Of a DNA stretch of 64,000 nt, positions 52,515-61,314 are shown in pieces; position 1 is the stretch's first letter; each line of letters starts with the position of its first letter. The translations under genes were made by a program, and so were the position numbers. The DNA is from a virus. The notes beneath the pieces are model-generated. The model saw only the letters and a program-made list of their open reading frames with translations, ran no database searches and was not told the DNA's origin. The DNA lies in IMG/VR virus record IMGVR_UViG_3300050132_000084, positions 1 to 64,000 of that record; one strand, 5' to 3'.

Positions 52515-52685
52515 ATGCATGAAGCTGGAAAAGGTGATAAGCCACGACCAATTATTGATAAAGAAAAATTCAATGCTAATTGGGATGCAATATTCAAGAA
52601 TAAAGAAACACTAAAATTTTTTGAGGAATTAGATAAAAACAATGAACGATTTACTAGCAAGACTGAAAAAGAATTCAACGATTAA
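52515..52685 (+). CDS. Possible 56-aa ORF (below the ORF-track length cutoff)
   Basis: MHEAGKGDKPRPIIDKEKFNANWDAIF... resembles a small-protein motif (KGD.PRP...F..NWD.IF) I recall from many phages. Overlaps the uvsX start by 44 nt. Confidence 0.4.
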   Translation: MHEAGKGDKPRPIIDKEKFNANWDAIFKNKETLKFFEELDKNNERFTSKTEKEFND

Positions 52686-53715
52686 AGAAGCTGATATTCT
52701 GGAAGATTCAAAATTTTTTGATGAACCAGATGTAATACCAACACTAATTCCAATTATCAATGTAGCACTATCAGGTAATCTTGATGGTGGACTTACAGCA
52801 GGATTAACAACATTTGCAGGCCCGTCTAAGCACTTCAAAACAGGTTTTGCATTGATGCTACTGAAAGCATATCTAGACAAATATCCAGATGCTGTCGGTA
52901 TTGTTTATGATTCAGAATTTGGTGCACCAAAATCATACTTCGCTGCATTCGGTATTGATCCAAAACGTATCCTTCACTGTCCATTAACAGATATGGAACA
53001 ATTCAAGTTCGATATCATGCACCATTTTGATAGGGATAATAAAGAAGGTATCAAACGTGGCGAACATGTATTCATTCTTGTAGACTCAATGGGTAATCTT
53101 GCATCAATAAAAGAAATTGAAGATGCTGAAGATGGTAAGGGTACTCAAGATATGACTCGGGCTAAACAGAATAAATCCATCTTCCGTATGGTAACACCAC
53201 ACCTGAGATTGAAGAATCTTCCGATGGTGGTGATCCAACACACTTATAAATCACAAGAAACTTATTCTAAGGATGTGGTTTCTGGTGGTACAGGATTGTA
53301 TTATAGCTCAGATAATATTTTCATCTTGGGCCGTCAACAAGATAAACCAGCAGATGAAATTATTGGATTCAACTTTGTAATCAATGTCGAAAAATCACGA
53401 TTGGTAAAAGAGAAATCAAAATTCTTCATTAACATTCAGTTTGAAGCTGGTATGTCAAAGTGGTCTGGACTAATGGATGAAGCATTAGAATCAGGCCATG
53501 TGATTAAACCCAAAGCTGGATGGTATGCCAAGGTGGATAAATCTACAGGTGAAGTTGGGAAGAATCATCGTCTAGCTGATACCAACAATAAAGAATTCTG
53601 GACTAACATTCTAGCAGATGAAACATTTAAGGAATTTGTCAAAAATAAATACACACTAGAAAATGGTAGTATTGTTTCTGATGATGATATTGATGCCGCA
53701 TATGAGGACGCATAA
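52642..53715 (+). CDS. uvsX: UvsX recombinase (RecA family)
   Basis: MNDLLARLKKNSTIKEADILEDSKFFDEPDVIPTLIPIINVALSG against T4 MSDLKSRLIKASTSKLTAELTASKFFNEKDVVRTKIPMMNIALSG. Walker A GPSKHFKT. Confidence 0.95.
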   Translation: MNDLLARLKKNSTIKEADILEDSKFFDEPDVIPTLIPIINVALSGNLDGGLTAGLTTFAGPSKHFKTGFALMLLKAYLDKYPDAVGIVYDSEFGAPKSYFAAFGIDPKRILHCPLTDMEQFKFDIMHHFDRDNKEGIKRGEHVFILVDSMGNLASIKEIEDAEDGKGTQDMTRAKQNKSIFRMVTPHLRLKNLPMVVIQHTYKSQETYSKDVVSGGTGLYYSSDNIFILGRQQDKPADEIIGFNFVINVEKSRLVKEKSKFFINIQFEAGMSKWSGLMDEALESGHVIKPKAGWYAKVDKSTGEVGKNHRLADTNNKEFWTNILADETFKEFVKNKYTLENGSIVSDDDIDAAYEDA

Positions 53716-53936
53716 TGGATAATAAAACACTAAGAGAACTTGCAGCAAAAGCTAAAATTACTATTGATACGTTTGGTTCACCCATTCTAGATAACCTTCA
53801 CCAACTTAATCTGTTTGCTGAAGTCATTGTTCGTGAATGTATAGCCACACTCGGAACAGAAGTACAAAATAAACTGTACACAAAATTCGACATGAAACCA
53901 CCTGTTCAACAACCAACATATATTCCAAAATGGTAG
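53715..53936 (+). CDS. Hypothetical small protein
   Basis: TAATG-coupled to uvsX. Confidence 0.55.
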   Translation: MDNKTLRELAAKAKITIDTFGSPILDNLHQLNLFAEVIVRECIATLGTEVQNKLYTKFDMKPPVQQPTYIPKW

Positions 53937-54235
53937 CCAAATATAAAACCACCCCATCCAAAGACGGAATTGTATTCGAAATCCTTGATGGTGATTACAT
54001 CGAATATCAATATCTATATGGTACAGTATCATTGGAAGAACCTAAACCACCAGCTATTGAAGCCACGTTGAAGTTCAATTATAACATCATATATCCAGAA
54101 GGTACTGAAGCCACAGATGAATTCACACAAGTGGCCGGTGATATCCTTCAGAATGTCATCCTTGGTCTAGATGAAGGTCATATTGAGACAGTTGACTATA
54201 ATGATATTGACAGTGAAGTAGAAAAAGTGTTATAA
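53930..54235 (+). CDS. Hypothetical small acidic protein
   Basis: Packed ORF overlapping the upstream gene by 7 nt. Confidence 0.55.
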   Translation: MVAKYKTTPSKDGIVFEILDGDYIEYQYLYGTVSLEEPKPPAIEATLKFNYNIIYPEGTEATDEFTQVAGDILQNVILGLDEGHIETVDYNDIDSEVEKVL

Positions 54236-54236
54236 T
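54207..54236 (+). promoter_or_regulatory. Early promoter (TTGACA-N18-TATAAT, TG-extended) upstream of g41
   Basis: ttgaca at 54207-54212; tgttataat at 54228-54236. Confidence 0.6.
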
Positions 54237-54250
54237 GTAGCTTGTAATAA

Positions 54251-54271
54251 ATGGCGGTGCAATGCCGCCAT
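54251..54271 (+). terminator. GC-rich hairpin in the g41 leader (attenuator, 5' stabiliser or weak terminator)
   Basis: Stem atggcgg pairs with ccgccat around a 7-nt loop, followed by gtttgtctc. It lies about 8 nt downstream of the predicted start site. Confidence 0.35.
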
Positions 54272-54299
54272 GTTTGTCTCATAATTAAACAAGGAACAC

Positions 54300-55715
54300 A
54301 TGCAACGTATCGAACAAACAATTCTATCAAATTTACTGTACAGTGAAGAATACCTAAGAAAAGTATATCCATTCCTTAAAGCCGAATACTTTCCAGATAA
54401 AGTAGACAACAAATTATTCAAAACCATTTCATCATTCATCGATGATTACAATACCAATCCAACTAAAGAGGCAATCGAAATCACACTCCAAAATGAGAAT
54501 GGTATCGATGAAGACCTTTATGATGGATGCACAGAACAATTAGAAGAACTAGAACCATCAGAAACTGAATTTCAATGGATCGTGGATGAATCAGAGAAAT
54601 TCTGCAAATCACAAGCTATCTATAATGCCATAACCCGTTCAATCAGTATCCAAGAAGGTAAGGATAAAGAACTACAGCCCAATGCCATTCCATCTATTCT
54701 GCAAGATGCATTATCAGTAGCATTCAATACTGAAATTGGTCATAGTTATTTTGGTGATGCTGCTAATCGTCATGATGCATACAATCGTAGTGATGTTCGT
54801 GTTCCATTCAAATTGGATATGCTTAATCGTATTACCTATGGTGGTGTCACTAAGAAATCGTTATCCTGCTTTCTATGTCCTACTGGTGGTGGAAAAACCG
54901 TTTTCATGTCCGATTGGGCAGCGTTCCTAGTGTCCATTGGCTATGATGTATTGTATATCACTGGTGAAATGGCCGATATCAAGATTGCCGAACGTGTTGA
55001 TGCAAATTTGTTGGATGTCCCTATCAATGAAGTGAAGCATATTAAAAAGAGTGTGTTCGTTGATCGTGTTGGTGCAATCCAAAGCAAAGTGAAGGGTGAA
55101 TTGGTAGTGAAGGAATTTCCTACCGCTTCAGCACATGTTGGACATATTAAGACAGTATTGAATGAACTGCGGATCAAGAAAAACTTTGTACCAAAAATTG
55201 TCTTCATTGATTATATCAATATTTTCCTGTCACAACGATACAAGCCCGGTAACAATGCCAACACCAATACCATCATCAAGGCTATCTCTGAAGAATTCCG
55301 TGGCATGGCTGTCGAATATGACCTACCTGTAGTCACTGCTACACAAGTTACCCGTAGTGGATTAACAAATACTGATCTTGAAATGGGTGACACTAGTGAA
55401 TCTATTGGTCTTACTTCAGTTTTAGATTTCTATATGGCTATGATTCCATCTGATGAATTGGATGAAATGAACCAAATCATGTTCAAACAATTAAAAAATC
55501 GTTGGGGTGATATTAATTATTATAAACGGTTTGTAGTAGGTAAAGATTTCTCCAAGATGAAACTATATGATGTTGATAATAATGTTGCTAACACACAACG
55601 TTCTGAAAAAGAAAAGGAAACTATTCAACAAGCTGAAAAATATAATGATATCAGCGGTACTAAAAGTTCTTCAAAATTGGCCGGTAAAAACTTTGATGGA
55701 ATCAACTTCAACTAA
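54300..55715 (+). CDS. g41: Replicative DNA helicase, T4 gp41 homologue (DnaB family)
   Basis: N-terminus IEQTILSNLLYSEEYLRKVYPFLKAEYF, Walker A CPTGGGKT, Walker B FIDYIN, and the LPVVTATQVTR and FKQLKNRWGD motifs. Confidence 0.9.
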   Translation: MQRIEQTILSNLLYSEEYLRKVYPFLKAEYFPDKVDNKLFKTISSFIDDYNTNPTKEAIEITLQNENGIDEDLYDGCTEQLEELEPSETEFQWIVDESEKFCKSQAIYNAITRSISIQEGKDKELQPNAIPSILQDALSVAFNTEIGHSYFGDAANRHDAYNRSDVRVPFKLDMLNRITYGGVTKKSLSCFLCPTGGGKTVFMSDWAAFLVSIGYDVLYITGEMADIKIAERVDANLLDVPINEVKHIKKSVFVDRVGAIQSKVKGELVVKEFPTASAHVGHIKTVLNELRIKKNFVPKIVFIDYINIFLSQRYKPGNNANTNTIIKAISEEFRGMAVEYDLPVVTATQVTRSGLTNTDLEMGDTSESIGLTSVLDFYMAMIPSDELDEMNQIMFKQLKNRWGDINYYKRFVVGKDFSKMKLYDVDNNVANTQRSEKEKETIQQAEKYNDISGTKSSSKLAGKNFDGINFN

Positions 55716-55774
55716 GTATTCGTATATGAATATGGAGGATTATCATTTATATCACACCACGAATACGGACTGAA

Positions 55775-56404
55775 TTGAAAAAAATTGAACCACTTTTCAA
55801 GGGAACACTATCATACAAAAAAGTTATCACAATATTAAGACCAATATTAAGAAAATTTAGATCAAAGCCATTGTTACTTTTAGCTAACATAGAAAAGAAT
55901 CAATGTTCTGTCGGTGGTGTGTATGATACACAAGCAGTAAGATTACCAATAGCAGTTGAAATATTATTCAGTTCCAATTCAGATGAAATAAAAATGCCAA
56001 TGAAATATTGGCGAAATTTTCTGTTCAACGTATTCGAAACAATAATTCATGAACACATTCACCTTTGTCAGATGTCATGCAGAAGTGGTGATGAATGGGC
56101 GCAATATCACCCATTAGATGACAATGCATTAATGACAGATCAACAATCGTATCTGTCAGAATTAGATGAAATCGATGCATATGGTCATAATATTGCCTTG
56201 GAGATACTTTATCAATATCCTAAAGATGATCCATTCAAGATACTGTCAGATTTAAAGAACCGTGGAATTGAGTCTTACGATATGTATCTTATTGATTTTA
56301 ATGGAACAAAATGGACTGATATAAGAAATGACCTGTTGCGTAAAACATACAAATGGTTGAATCTCATATTGGACAATGATTGGGGATGGATGGAAAAGAA
56401 TTGA
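55775..56404 (+). CDS. HExxH-motif protein (possible SprT-like zinc metallopeptidase)
   Basis: FETIIHEHIHLCQ. The ORF has no in-frame ATG for its first 72 codons, so a TTG start is assumed. Confidence 0.4.
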   Translation: MKKIEPLFKGTLSYKKVITILRPILRKFRSKPLLLLANIEKNQCSVGGVYDTQAVRLPIAVEILFSSNSDEIKMPMKYWRNFLFNVFETIIHEHIHLCQMSCRSGDEWAQYHPLDDNALMTDQQSYLSELDEIDAYGHNIALEILYQYPKDDPFKILSDLKNRGIESYDMYLIDFNGTKWTDIRNDLLRKTYKWLNLILDNDWGWMEKN

Positions 56405-56429
56405 CTATAGTAGAAATTTCTGTTATACT
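56401..56429 (+). promoter_or_regulatory. Early promoter (TTGACT-N17-TATACT, TG-extended)
   Basis: ttgact at 56401-56406; tgttatact at 56421-56429. Confidence 0.6.
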
Positions 56430-56450
56430 TAATAAATTATGGAGGTTCAT

Positions 56451-56597
56451 ATGAAAGCATATTGTGTTTATATTAAATATGGTAGTGATTTTGAAGGATC
56501 ACCATTTTTAATTATTCCTGATTATAGTGGTGATGAACCACAAGATAAGATTACTTTTGATAAACGAGAAGCAGAAATACGTATTAAAGAAATGTAA
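56451..56597 (+). CDS. Possible 48-aa ORF (below the ORF-track cutoff)
   Basis: Strong RBS ggagg 5 nt upstream of the ATG, downstream of the promoter at 56401. Confidence 0.5.
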   Translation: MKAYCVYIKYGSDFEGSPFLIIPDYSGDEPQDKITFDKREAEIRIKEM

Positions 56598-56726
56598 TCA
56601 CAATATCCAAAAGTAATATACACTTTGATTGAATTCGAAGTACCAGATTAAACAATTCATTGTACTTTTGCCGAATATGTACAGTGGATCAATGAAATTC
56701 GGTAACATTATGGAGATTATCAATAA

Positions 56727-56936
56727 ATGGCAAAGAAGCAACGTATTTCACAAAAAGAACGGTTTTTGAATTTTATGGGCCAAGGTCGTACACTATCCAC
56801 GAAACAAGCTAAGACCATGTTTCATGCACACAAACCATCAGCACGAGTGTGGGAACTTCGCAATGAAGGGTATGAAATCACTTCCACCACTAACAAAGTA
56901 GGGAATTTTGCATACGTACTAGACTCAGTAGCATGA
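56727..56936 (+). CDS. Small winged-helix DNA-binding-like protein
   Basis: LSTKQAKTMFHAHKPSARVWELRNEGYEI...FAYVL resembles the wHTH pattern A...F.....ARI.ELR..GY.I......AY.L. Confidence 0.5.
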   Translation: MAKKQRISQKERFLNFMGQGRTLSTKQAKTMFHAHKPSARVWELRNEGYEITSTTNKVGNFAYVLDSVA

Positions 56937-56975
56937 TTTAAATGTAGCAAAAGTGGTTAAAAGTCACGCTATATA

Positions 56976-57017
56976 ATGCCGCACCGTCCTCACAATGGAT
57001 CGTGCGGCATTTTTATT
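56976..57017 (+). terminator. Rho-independent terminator
   Basis: Stem atgccgcac pairs with gtgcggcat, followed by ttttatt. Confidence 0.8.
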
Positions 57018-57061
57018 ATGCTAAATATATAATAGATTACACATTTCAATAAGGATTTACC

Positions 57062-57331
57062 ATGACGCAAAAAGATATGACCCCTACTTCAACAGTTCAG
57101 AAAACGACTGGCATGGCTCAAGATGCAAGTAATGGGACTACACCTATGATGCAGACTTTTGCACAGTATAACACTCCAAATCAACCTGAAAAGAATAATC
57201 AGGAAAAAACTGAAGATGAATTGAATAATCCACAGAGTGGCCCAACTGGTGCAATTCGTACCAAAAAGGATTCTATTTTGAATCAGGCTAGACAGATTTA
57301 CAATACGCAACTAAATAATAATCAAGCATAA
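57062..57331 (+). CDS. Hypothetical low-complexity (Gln/Asn/Thr-rich) protein
   Basis: RBS aagga upstream. Confidence 0.55.
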   Translation: MTQKDMTPTSTVQKTTGMAQDASNGTTPMMQTFAQYNTPNQPEKNNQEKTEDELNNPQSGPTGAIRTKKDSILNQARQIYNTQLNNNQA

Positions 57332-57341
57332 AGGAACTATC

Positions 57342-57575
57342 ATGACAACGTTAAAAGAGGAATTTGTAGCAGAAGTAGAAAAAATTGAAGCAGATGTTAA
57401 GTCTGTTGTTACTAAGATTGAATCTGAATTCAAAAAAGCACCTGTAGTGGCTGCACCTGTAGTCGCTGCACCTGTAGTCGCTGCACCTGTAGTCGCTGCA
57501 CCTGTAGTGGCTGCACCTGTAGTGGCTGCACCTGTAGTCGCTGCACCTGTAGTCGCTGCACCAGCTAAAGTATAA
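57342..57575 (+). CDS. Small protein with (APVVA)x8 tail
   Basis: N-terminal helical segment EEFVAEVEKIEADVKSVVTKIESEFKK followed by eight APVVA repeats. Confidence 0.6.
   Translation: MTTLKEEFVAEVEKIEADVKSVVTKIESEFKKAPVVAAPVVAAPVVAAPVVAAPVVAAPVVAAPVVAAPVVAAPAKV
57438..57557 (+). repeat. 15-bp tandem repeat x8 (gcacctgtagtSgct), coding
   Basis: Eight consecutive units differing only at one G/C position. Confidence 0.95.
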
Positions 57576-57587
57576 AGGAATACTATC

Positions 57588-57788
57588 ATGGCACTAAAAT
57601 GGGATCATTTTACATTTCCAACATGGAAAACCGTTGTAAATAAAGTTGAAGCAGAAGTAACAAAAGTTGAAGGTGAAATTAAGGCTGAATTTGAAAAGCC
57701 TGTAGTTAAAACTGCAACCGCTGTTGCACCAGAACCAGCACCTGTAGCCGCACCAGCAGTTGCAGTAAATACTACCGTAGCAAAATAA
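57588..57788 (+). CDS. Paralogue of 57342 without the expanded repeat
   Basis: VNKVEAEVTKVEGEIKAEFEKPVV parallels VAEVEKIEADVKSVVTKIESEFKKAPVV; has an Ala/Pro/Val-rich tail. Confidence 0.6.
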   Translation: MALKWDHFTFPTWKTVVNKVEAEVTKVEGEIKAEFEKPVVKTATAVAPEPAPVAAPAVAVNTTVAK

Positions 57789-57803
57789 TAAAAGGACATT
57801 AAA

Positions 57804-59414
57804 ATGGCAAATTGGTCATACACAACACCACCTAACTACTATATTGTTGGTGATAATTTTCAGGCAGCATTGACAGCAACAAATATGGGGTGGACTAATA
57901 ATACTTCATTCCCACCAGAAGTTGTTATTCCTGTTGCCAATCTTAATGTACTTCAACAAGCGGCATTGGCTGTTCCTACTTTCACAGTGACACCACCAAC
58001 TACACCGTTAACTGGCACAGTCACTACAACAGGTGAAGTAGCATTATCAGGAACAATTACAGATTTTCCTGCTGTCACTTTAACTGGCACTGTTTCTGCG
58101 TTTGCACCCGGTACACTTACAGGTACTATTTCAACATTCGCACCAGCTACTTTGACAGGTACAATCACCACATCAAGTGTAACTACAGCGTTGTCTGGTG
58201 TTGGTACATCATTCACTACACAATTACAAATTGGTTCAACTGTAAGTTATAATGGCGTTGTTCTAGGAACTATTACATCAGTTACTAACAATACAACTGC
58301 CGCCTTCACAGCAAATGCAACTTCCACTCAGACATCAGTAGTTAATGCTACGACTTCAGGTTCAACTACAATTACAGGTTCTGGTACATCTTTCACCACT
58401 CAGTTGAACGCTGGTTCTATCCTGTTTTTTGATGGTACACCAATTGGTACTGTGGCTTCTGTCACAAACAACACAACAGCAGTGTTGACCGCAATTCCAT
58501 TAATTGGTCAATCTGGACTTACATATACTACATCAGGAACTGTAAATTTGGTTGGTTCTGGAACAGCATTTGCAACTCAATTACAAGTTGGTTCAACTGT
58601 TTCTGTTGGTGGTACATTGATTGGTACTATCGCTGGAATCACTAGCAATACCGCTGCAACATTCTACCAAATTGCAACCACTTCTGAATCTGCTGCTACT
58701 GCTACTACAGCCGGTTCTGTAAACTTGGTTGGTGCTGGTACATCATTTACAACTCAATTGCAAGTAGGTTCCACAATTAATGTTGGTGCAACATTAATTG
58801 GTACTATCGCTTCAATTGCTAGTAATACTTTGGCTACATTTGTGGCAGTTCCAACTACATTGGAATCTGGTGCAACTGCCACTGCCGGGGGTAGTGCTGC
58901 TGGTTCAACAACTGTAACGGGTTCTGGTACATCATTCACCACTCAAACTTTCGTTGGTGCTGAACTTTATTACGGTAACGTTAACTTGGGTGTTGTTAAC
59001 TCAATCACAAATAACACTACTTTGGTATTGTCTGCTGCTGCTTTGGCTAACGTTACTGCCGGAACTGTGAGTACATCACAATCATTTGGTACTGGTGCAG
59101 TTATGAAATTCATTGTTGTTCCAAGTGCACCAGTGAACGTTGCTGGAAATCCTACGATTAACGTTTCCGTTGGTGCAAATAATACGGTTCTAACTTATAA
59201 TCCATTTGATTCTACTTCTACCGCATTGTCATTTGAATACACTGTTTTGAATACCGATACAGCTACATCAGGTAACGTTGTGTTGACAGGATCAATGAAT
59301 TTGCCAGTTGGTGCTGGTGTGGCTAAACAATTAGTTGGTGGAAATGAATTTGCTGTACCATTAGCAAACTTAACATTCACTGTTCCTAGCACAATCGGTA
59401 CAATCGTAACCTAA
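57804..59414 (+). CDS. Virion protein built from about five ~58-aa GSGTSFTTQL...G.IG.I.S.T.NT modules
   Basis: Five consecutive modules. The first is about 85% identical at nucleotide level over the stretch I aligned by eye to part of the g18 insertion domain. Confidence 0.7.
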   Translation: MANWSYTTPPNYYIVGDNFQAALTATNMGWTNNTSFPPEVVIPVANLNVLQQAALAVPTFTVTPPTTPLTGTVTTTGEVALSGTITDFPAVTLTGTVSAFAPGTLTGTISTFAPATLTGTITTSSVTTALSGVGTSFTTQLQIGSTVSYNGVVLGTITSVTNNTTAAFTANATSTQTSVVNATTSGSTTITGSGTSFTTQLNAGSILFFDGTPIGTVASVTNNTTAVLTAIPLIGQSGLTYTTSGTVNLVGSGTAFATQLQVGSTVSVGGTLIGTIAGITSNTAATFYQIATTSESAATATTAGSVNLVGAGTSFTTQLQVGSTINVGATLIGTIASIASNTLATFVAVPTTLESGATATAGGSAAGSTTVTGSGTSFTTQTFVGAELYYGNVNLGVVNSITNNTTLVLSAAALANVTAGTVSTSQSFGTGAVMKFIVVPSAPVNVAGNPTINVSVGANNTVLTYNPFDSTSTALSFEYTVLNTDTATSGNVVLTGSMNLPVGAGVAKQLVGGNEFAVPLANLTFTVPSTIGTIVT

Positions 59415-59427
59415 TATTGGGATTTAA

Positions 59428-59862
59428 ATGAGTCAACAACTTAATAATATGGTAGCAGCAAGCGGTGTAACAGCCGCTGATATAATGTATCTTGTACAAA
59501 GTTTGACGGATAAGCAGGTTAGCATTGCAACATTGTTTGCTAACCTGCCAGTTCCTGTTGGTACTTCAGAATATTTTCAGGCTGTAGGAACACCAGAACT
59601 TATATCGTCTGGTGCAATTTCCGTTGTTACTCCATTAAGCAATCTTGCGTTAAGTGGAAATACAACGATTACATTAGCTGCTGGTGTCCAAGGTCAAATT
59701 AAAACTATTATTGCTATTAGCACAGGCGGTTCATCATCTGCTGTTATCAATGCAAACATTGGACATACAAGTATCACCTTCACAAAAGCTGGAAGCACAG
59801 CTAATTTAATGTACGATAGTGGTGCATGGTATTTCATAGGTGGTACAGCAACTGTCGTTTAA
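59428..59862 (+). CDS. Hypothetical virion-module protein
   Basis: Packed ORF. LSGNTTITLAAGVQGQ...STGG...YDSGAWYFIG resembles the C-terminus of ORF 3893. Confidence 0.6.
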   Translation: MSQQLNNMVAASGVTAADIMYLVQSLTDKQVSIATLFANLPVPVGTSEYFQAVGTPELISSGAISVVTPLSNLALSGNTTITLAAGVQGQIKTIIAISTGGSSSAVINANIGHTSITFTKAGSTANLMYDSGAWYFIGGTATVV

Positions 59863-59864
59863 GC

Positions 59865-60242
59865 ATGAAGATAACAAAAGATAATTTTGATGTATTAGCA
59901 ATTAAGGCACATCAGTGTATAGGGTGTGAAGGTATAGAAGATATCCTTGGTGATATAGCAAAATTTACACATATAAATAAGCTATTCATGAAATATATTT
60001 CTGGTGATGAATTAAATGAACGATTGATTATGAATCACATTGTTACATTATTCAATGTGTTTGGTAGTGAAACAATCCGATTCTTGTTTTTCAAAATAAA
60101 ACCAGAATATTATAAAGCATTACTTCCATTTTTGGCGTATCTGAATAGACTTGATAAAACCGTTGAAATAAAAAATAAAATGGTTTCAATAAGTAAAATA
60201 GGATATGATGAATATGTTCTAGAAAGACTTCAGCAAATATGA
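59865..60242 (+). CDS. Hypothetical protein
   Basis: The ATG at 59865 just after the upstream stop is preferred over the track start at 59826. Confidence 0.55.
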   Translation: MKITKDNFDVLAIKAHQCIGCEGIEDILGDIAKFTHINKLFMKYISGDELNERLIMNHIVTLFNVFGSETIRFLFFKIKPEYYKALLPFLAYLNRLDKTVEIKNKMVSISKIGYDEYVLERLQQI

Positions 60243-60427
60243 AAACATTCGAACAATTTAAAAAATACATTGCTGAAGATGGTGATGGCGGTGGTACAGT
60301 TGGTGTCACTGTTAATCCAGCACCCGGTGGTTCCACAGAGAATACCAATTCAGTCATTAATCCAAATAATCAAGGTCTAGGCAAAAAGAAGAAAATTGTC
60401 AAACGTCCTGTTCCAAATGTAATGTAA
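60239..60427 (+). CDS. CTS-tagged small protein with basic C-terminus (internal-protein-like)
   Basis: Leader MKTFEQFKKYIAE (T4 IPIII: MKTYQEFIAE), then a Gly-rich linker and the KKKKIVKRP tail. Confidence 0.6.
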   Translation: MKTFEQFKKYIAEDGDGGGTVGVTVNPAPGGSTENTNSVINPNNQGLGKKKKIVKRPVPNVM

Positions 60428-60428
60428 G

Positions 60429-61157
60429 ATGAAAACATTTTCAAAATTTTATGAAGAATTCTCTAGTGGTCTTGAATATCACGATGAACTAAATCCTAAG
60501 ATTTGGGATGGTGATAAACTACGGCCAGAAGTAAAAATCGCATTGGATGTGGTTACACAAAATTTCATCAAGTTCCTAAAAATTGATTCATCAAAAATTT
60601 CAGATGTTGTCCTAACAGGTTCATCAGCAAATTTCAATTATACTGGTCAATCTGATCTAGATATTCATGTTATTGTCAATTTTGATCCAAATGAAAATAA
60701 TTCCATTGGACTTCATGCCGGTTATTCATTCAATACAGCCAAGACTCTATATAACCTGAGACACAAGATCACTATTCATGGCTACCCTGTGGAAGCATAT
60801 GTTCAACCTGAATCAGAACACTTTAACGGTAATGCCGGGGTGTATTCACTTAGAAATCAAATGTGGGTTCAACATCCACAAAAACAATCTGTGGACTTTG
60901 GTTCAAAAGAAATTCAACGTAAAGCACAACCAATCATTGATCAAATAAATTATATTGTTGATAATAATATCGAAAATACAAAAATGATTAAAGATTTGAA
61001 AGCCAAAGTTAAACAACTTCGGGCTGTTGGTATGGAAGATAAAAGTGAATTTTCTATCGAGAATAGTGCATTCAAGGCCATTCGTAATGGTGGTTATCTT
61101 GAAAAACTTTCCAATTTTGCATCAAAAGTTGAAGATAAACTACTCAGCTTAGAATAA
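60429..61157 (+). CDS. CTS-tagged nucleotidyltransferase-fold protein (Pol-beta superfamily)
   Basis: Leader MKTFSKFYEE; NTase signature LTGSSANFNYTGQSDLDIHVIV (G-S...D-x-D) and the downstream acidic HGYPVEAYV. Confidence 0.6.
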   Translation: MKTFSKFYEEFSSGLEYHDELNPKIWDGDKLRPEVKIALDVVTQNFIKFLKIDSSKISDVVLTGSSANFNYTGQSDLDIHVIVNFDPNENNSIGLHAGYSFNTAKTLYNLRHKITIHGYPVEAYVQPESEHFNGNAGVYSLRNQMWVQHPQKQSVDFGSKEIQRKAQPIIDQINYIVDNNIENTKMIKDLKAKVKQLRAVGMEDKSEFSIENSAFKAIRNGGYLEKLSNFASKVEDKLLSLE

Positions 61158-61172
61158 AGTTCTTGAGTATGG

Positions 61173-61201
61173 TTGCATAATGTAACTAACTGTGGTATAA
61201 T
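61173..61201 (+). promoter_or_regulatory. Early promoter (TTGCAT-N17-TATAAT, TGTGGTATAAT box)
   Basis: ttgcat at 61173-61178; tgtggtataat at 61191-61201. Confidence 0.6.
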
Positions 61202-61232
61202 AAGGACTTCGTAAATGGAGTCCTTATTTTAT
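61199..61232 (+). terminator. Rho-independent terminator overlapping the -10 box
   Basis: 10-bp stem aataaggact pairs with agtccttatt, followed by tttt. It would terminate read-through from the NTase gene. Confidence 0.6.
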
Positions 61233-61314
61233 GACGTTTCGATTTTACTAAGTATATTAATGCGAATTAATAATTCGCGTCTGTCGCGTATCTTGAAAAT
61301 ACCACAGACCCTAA

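Noticed and set aside
56595-56650. Possible TAA read-through extending ORF 56451 by SQYPKVIYTLIEFEVPD
   Set aside because: The extension is only 17 codons, no suppressor tRNA is evident among the three tRNAs, and this could be chance in AT-rich sequence.
57311-57589. Antisense ORF encoding (GAATT)n opposite the 15-bp minisatellite
   Set aside because: Repeat artefact. The sense frame has an RBS, a paralogue next door and operon context.
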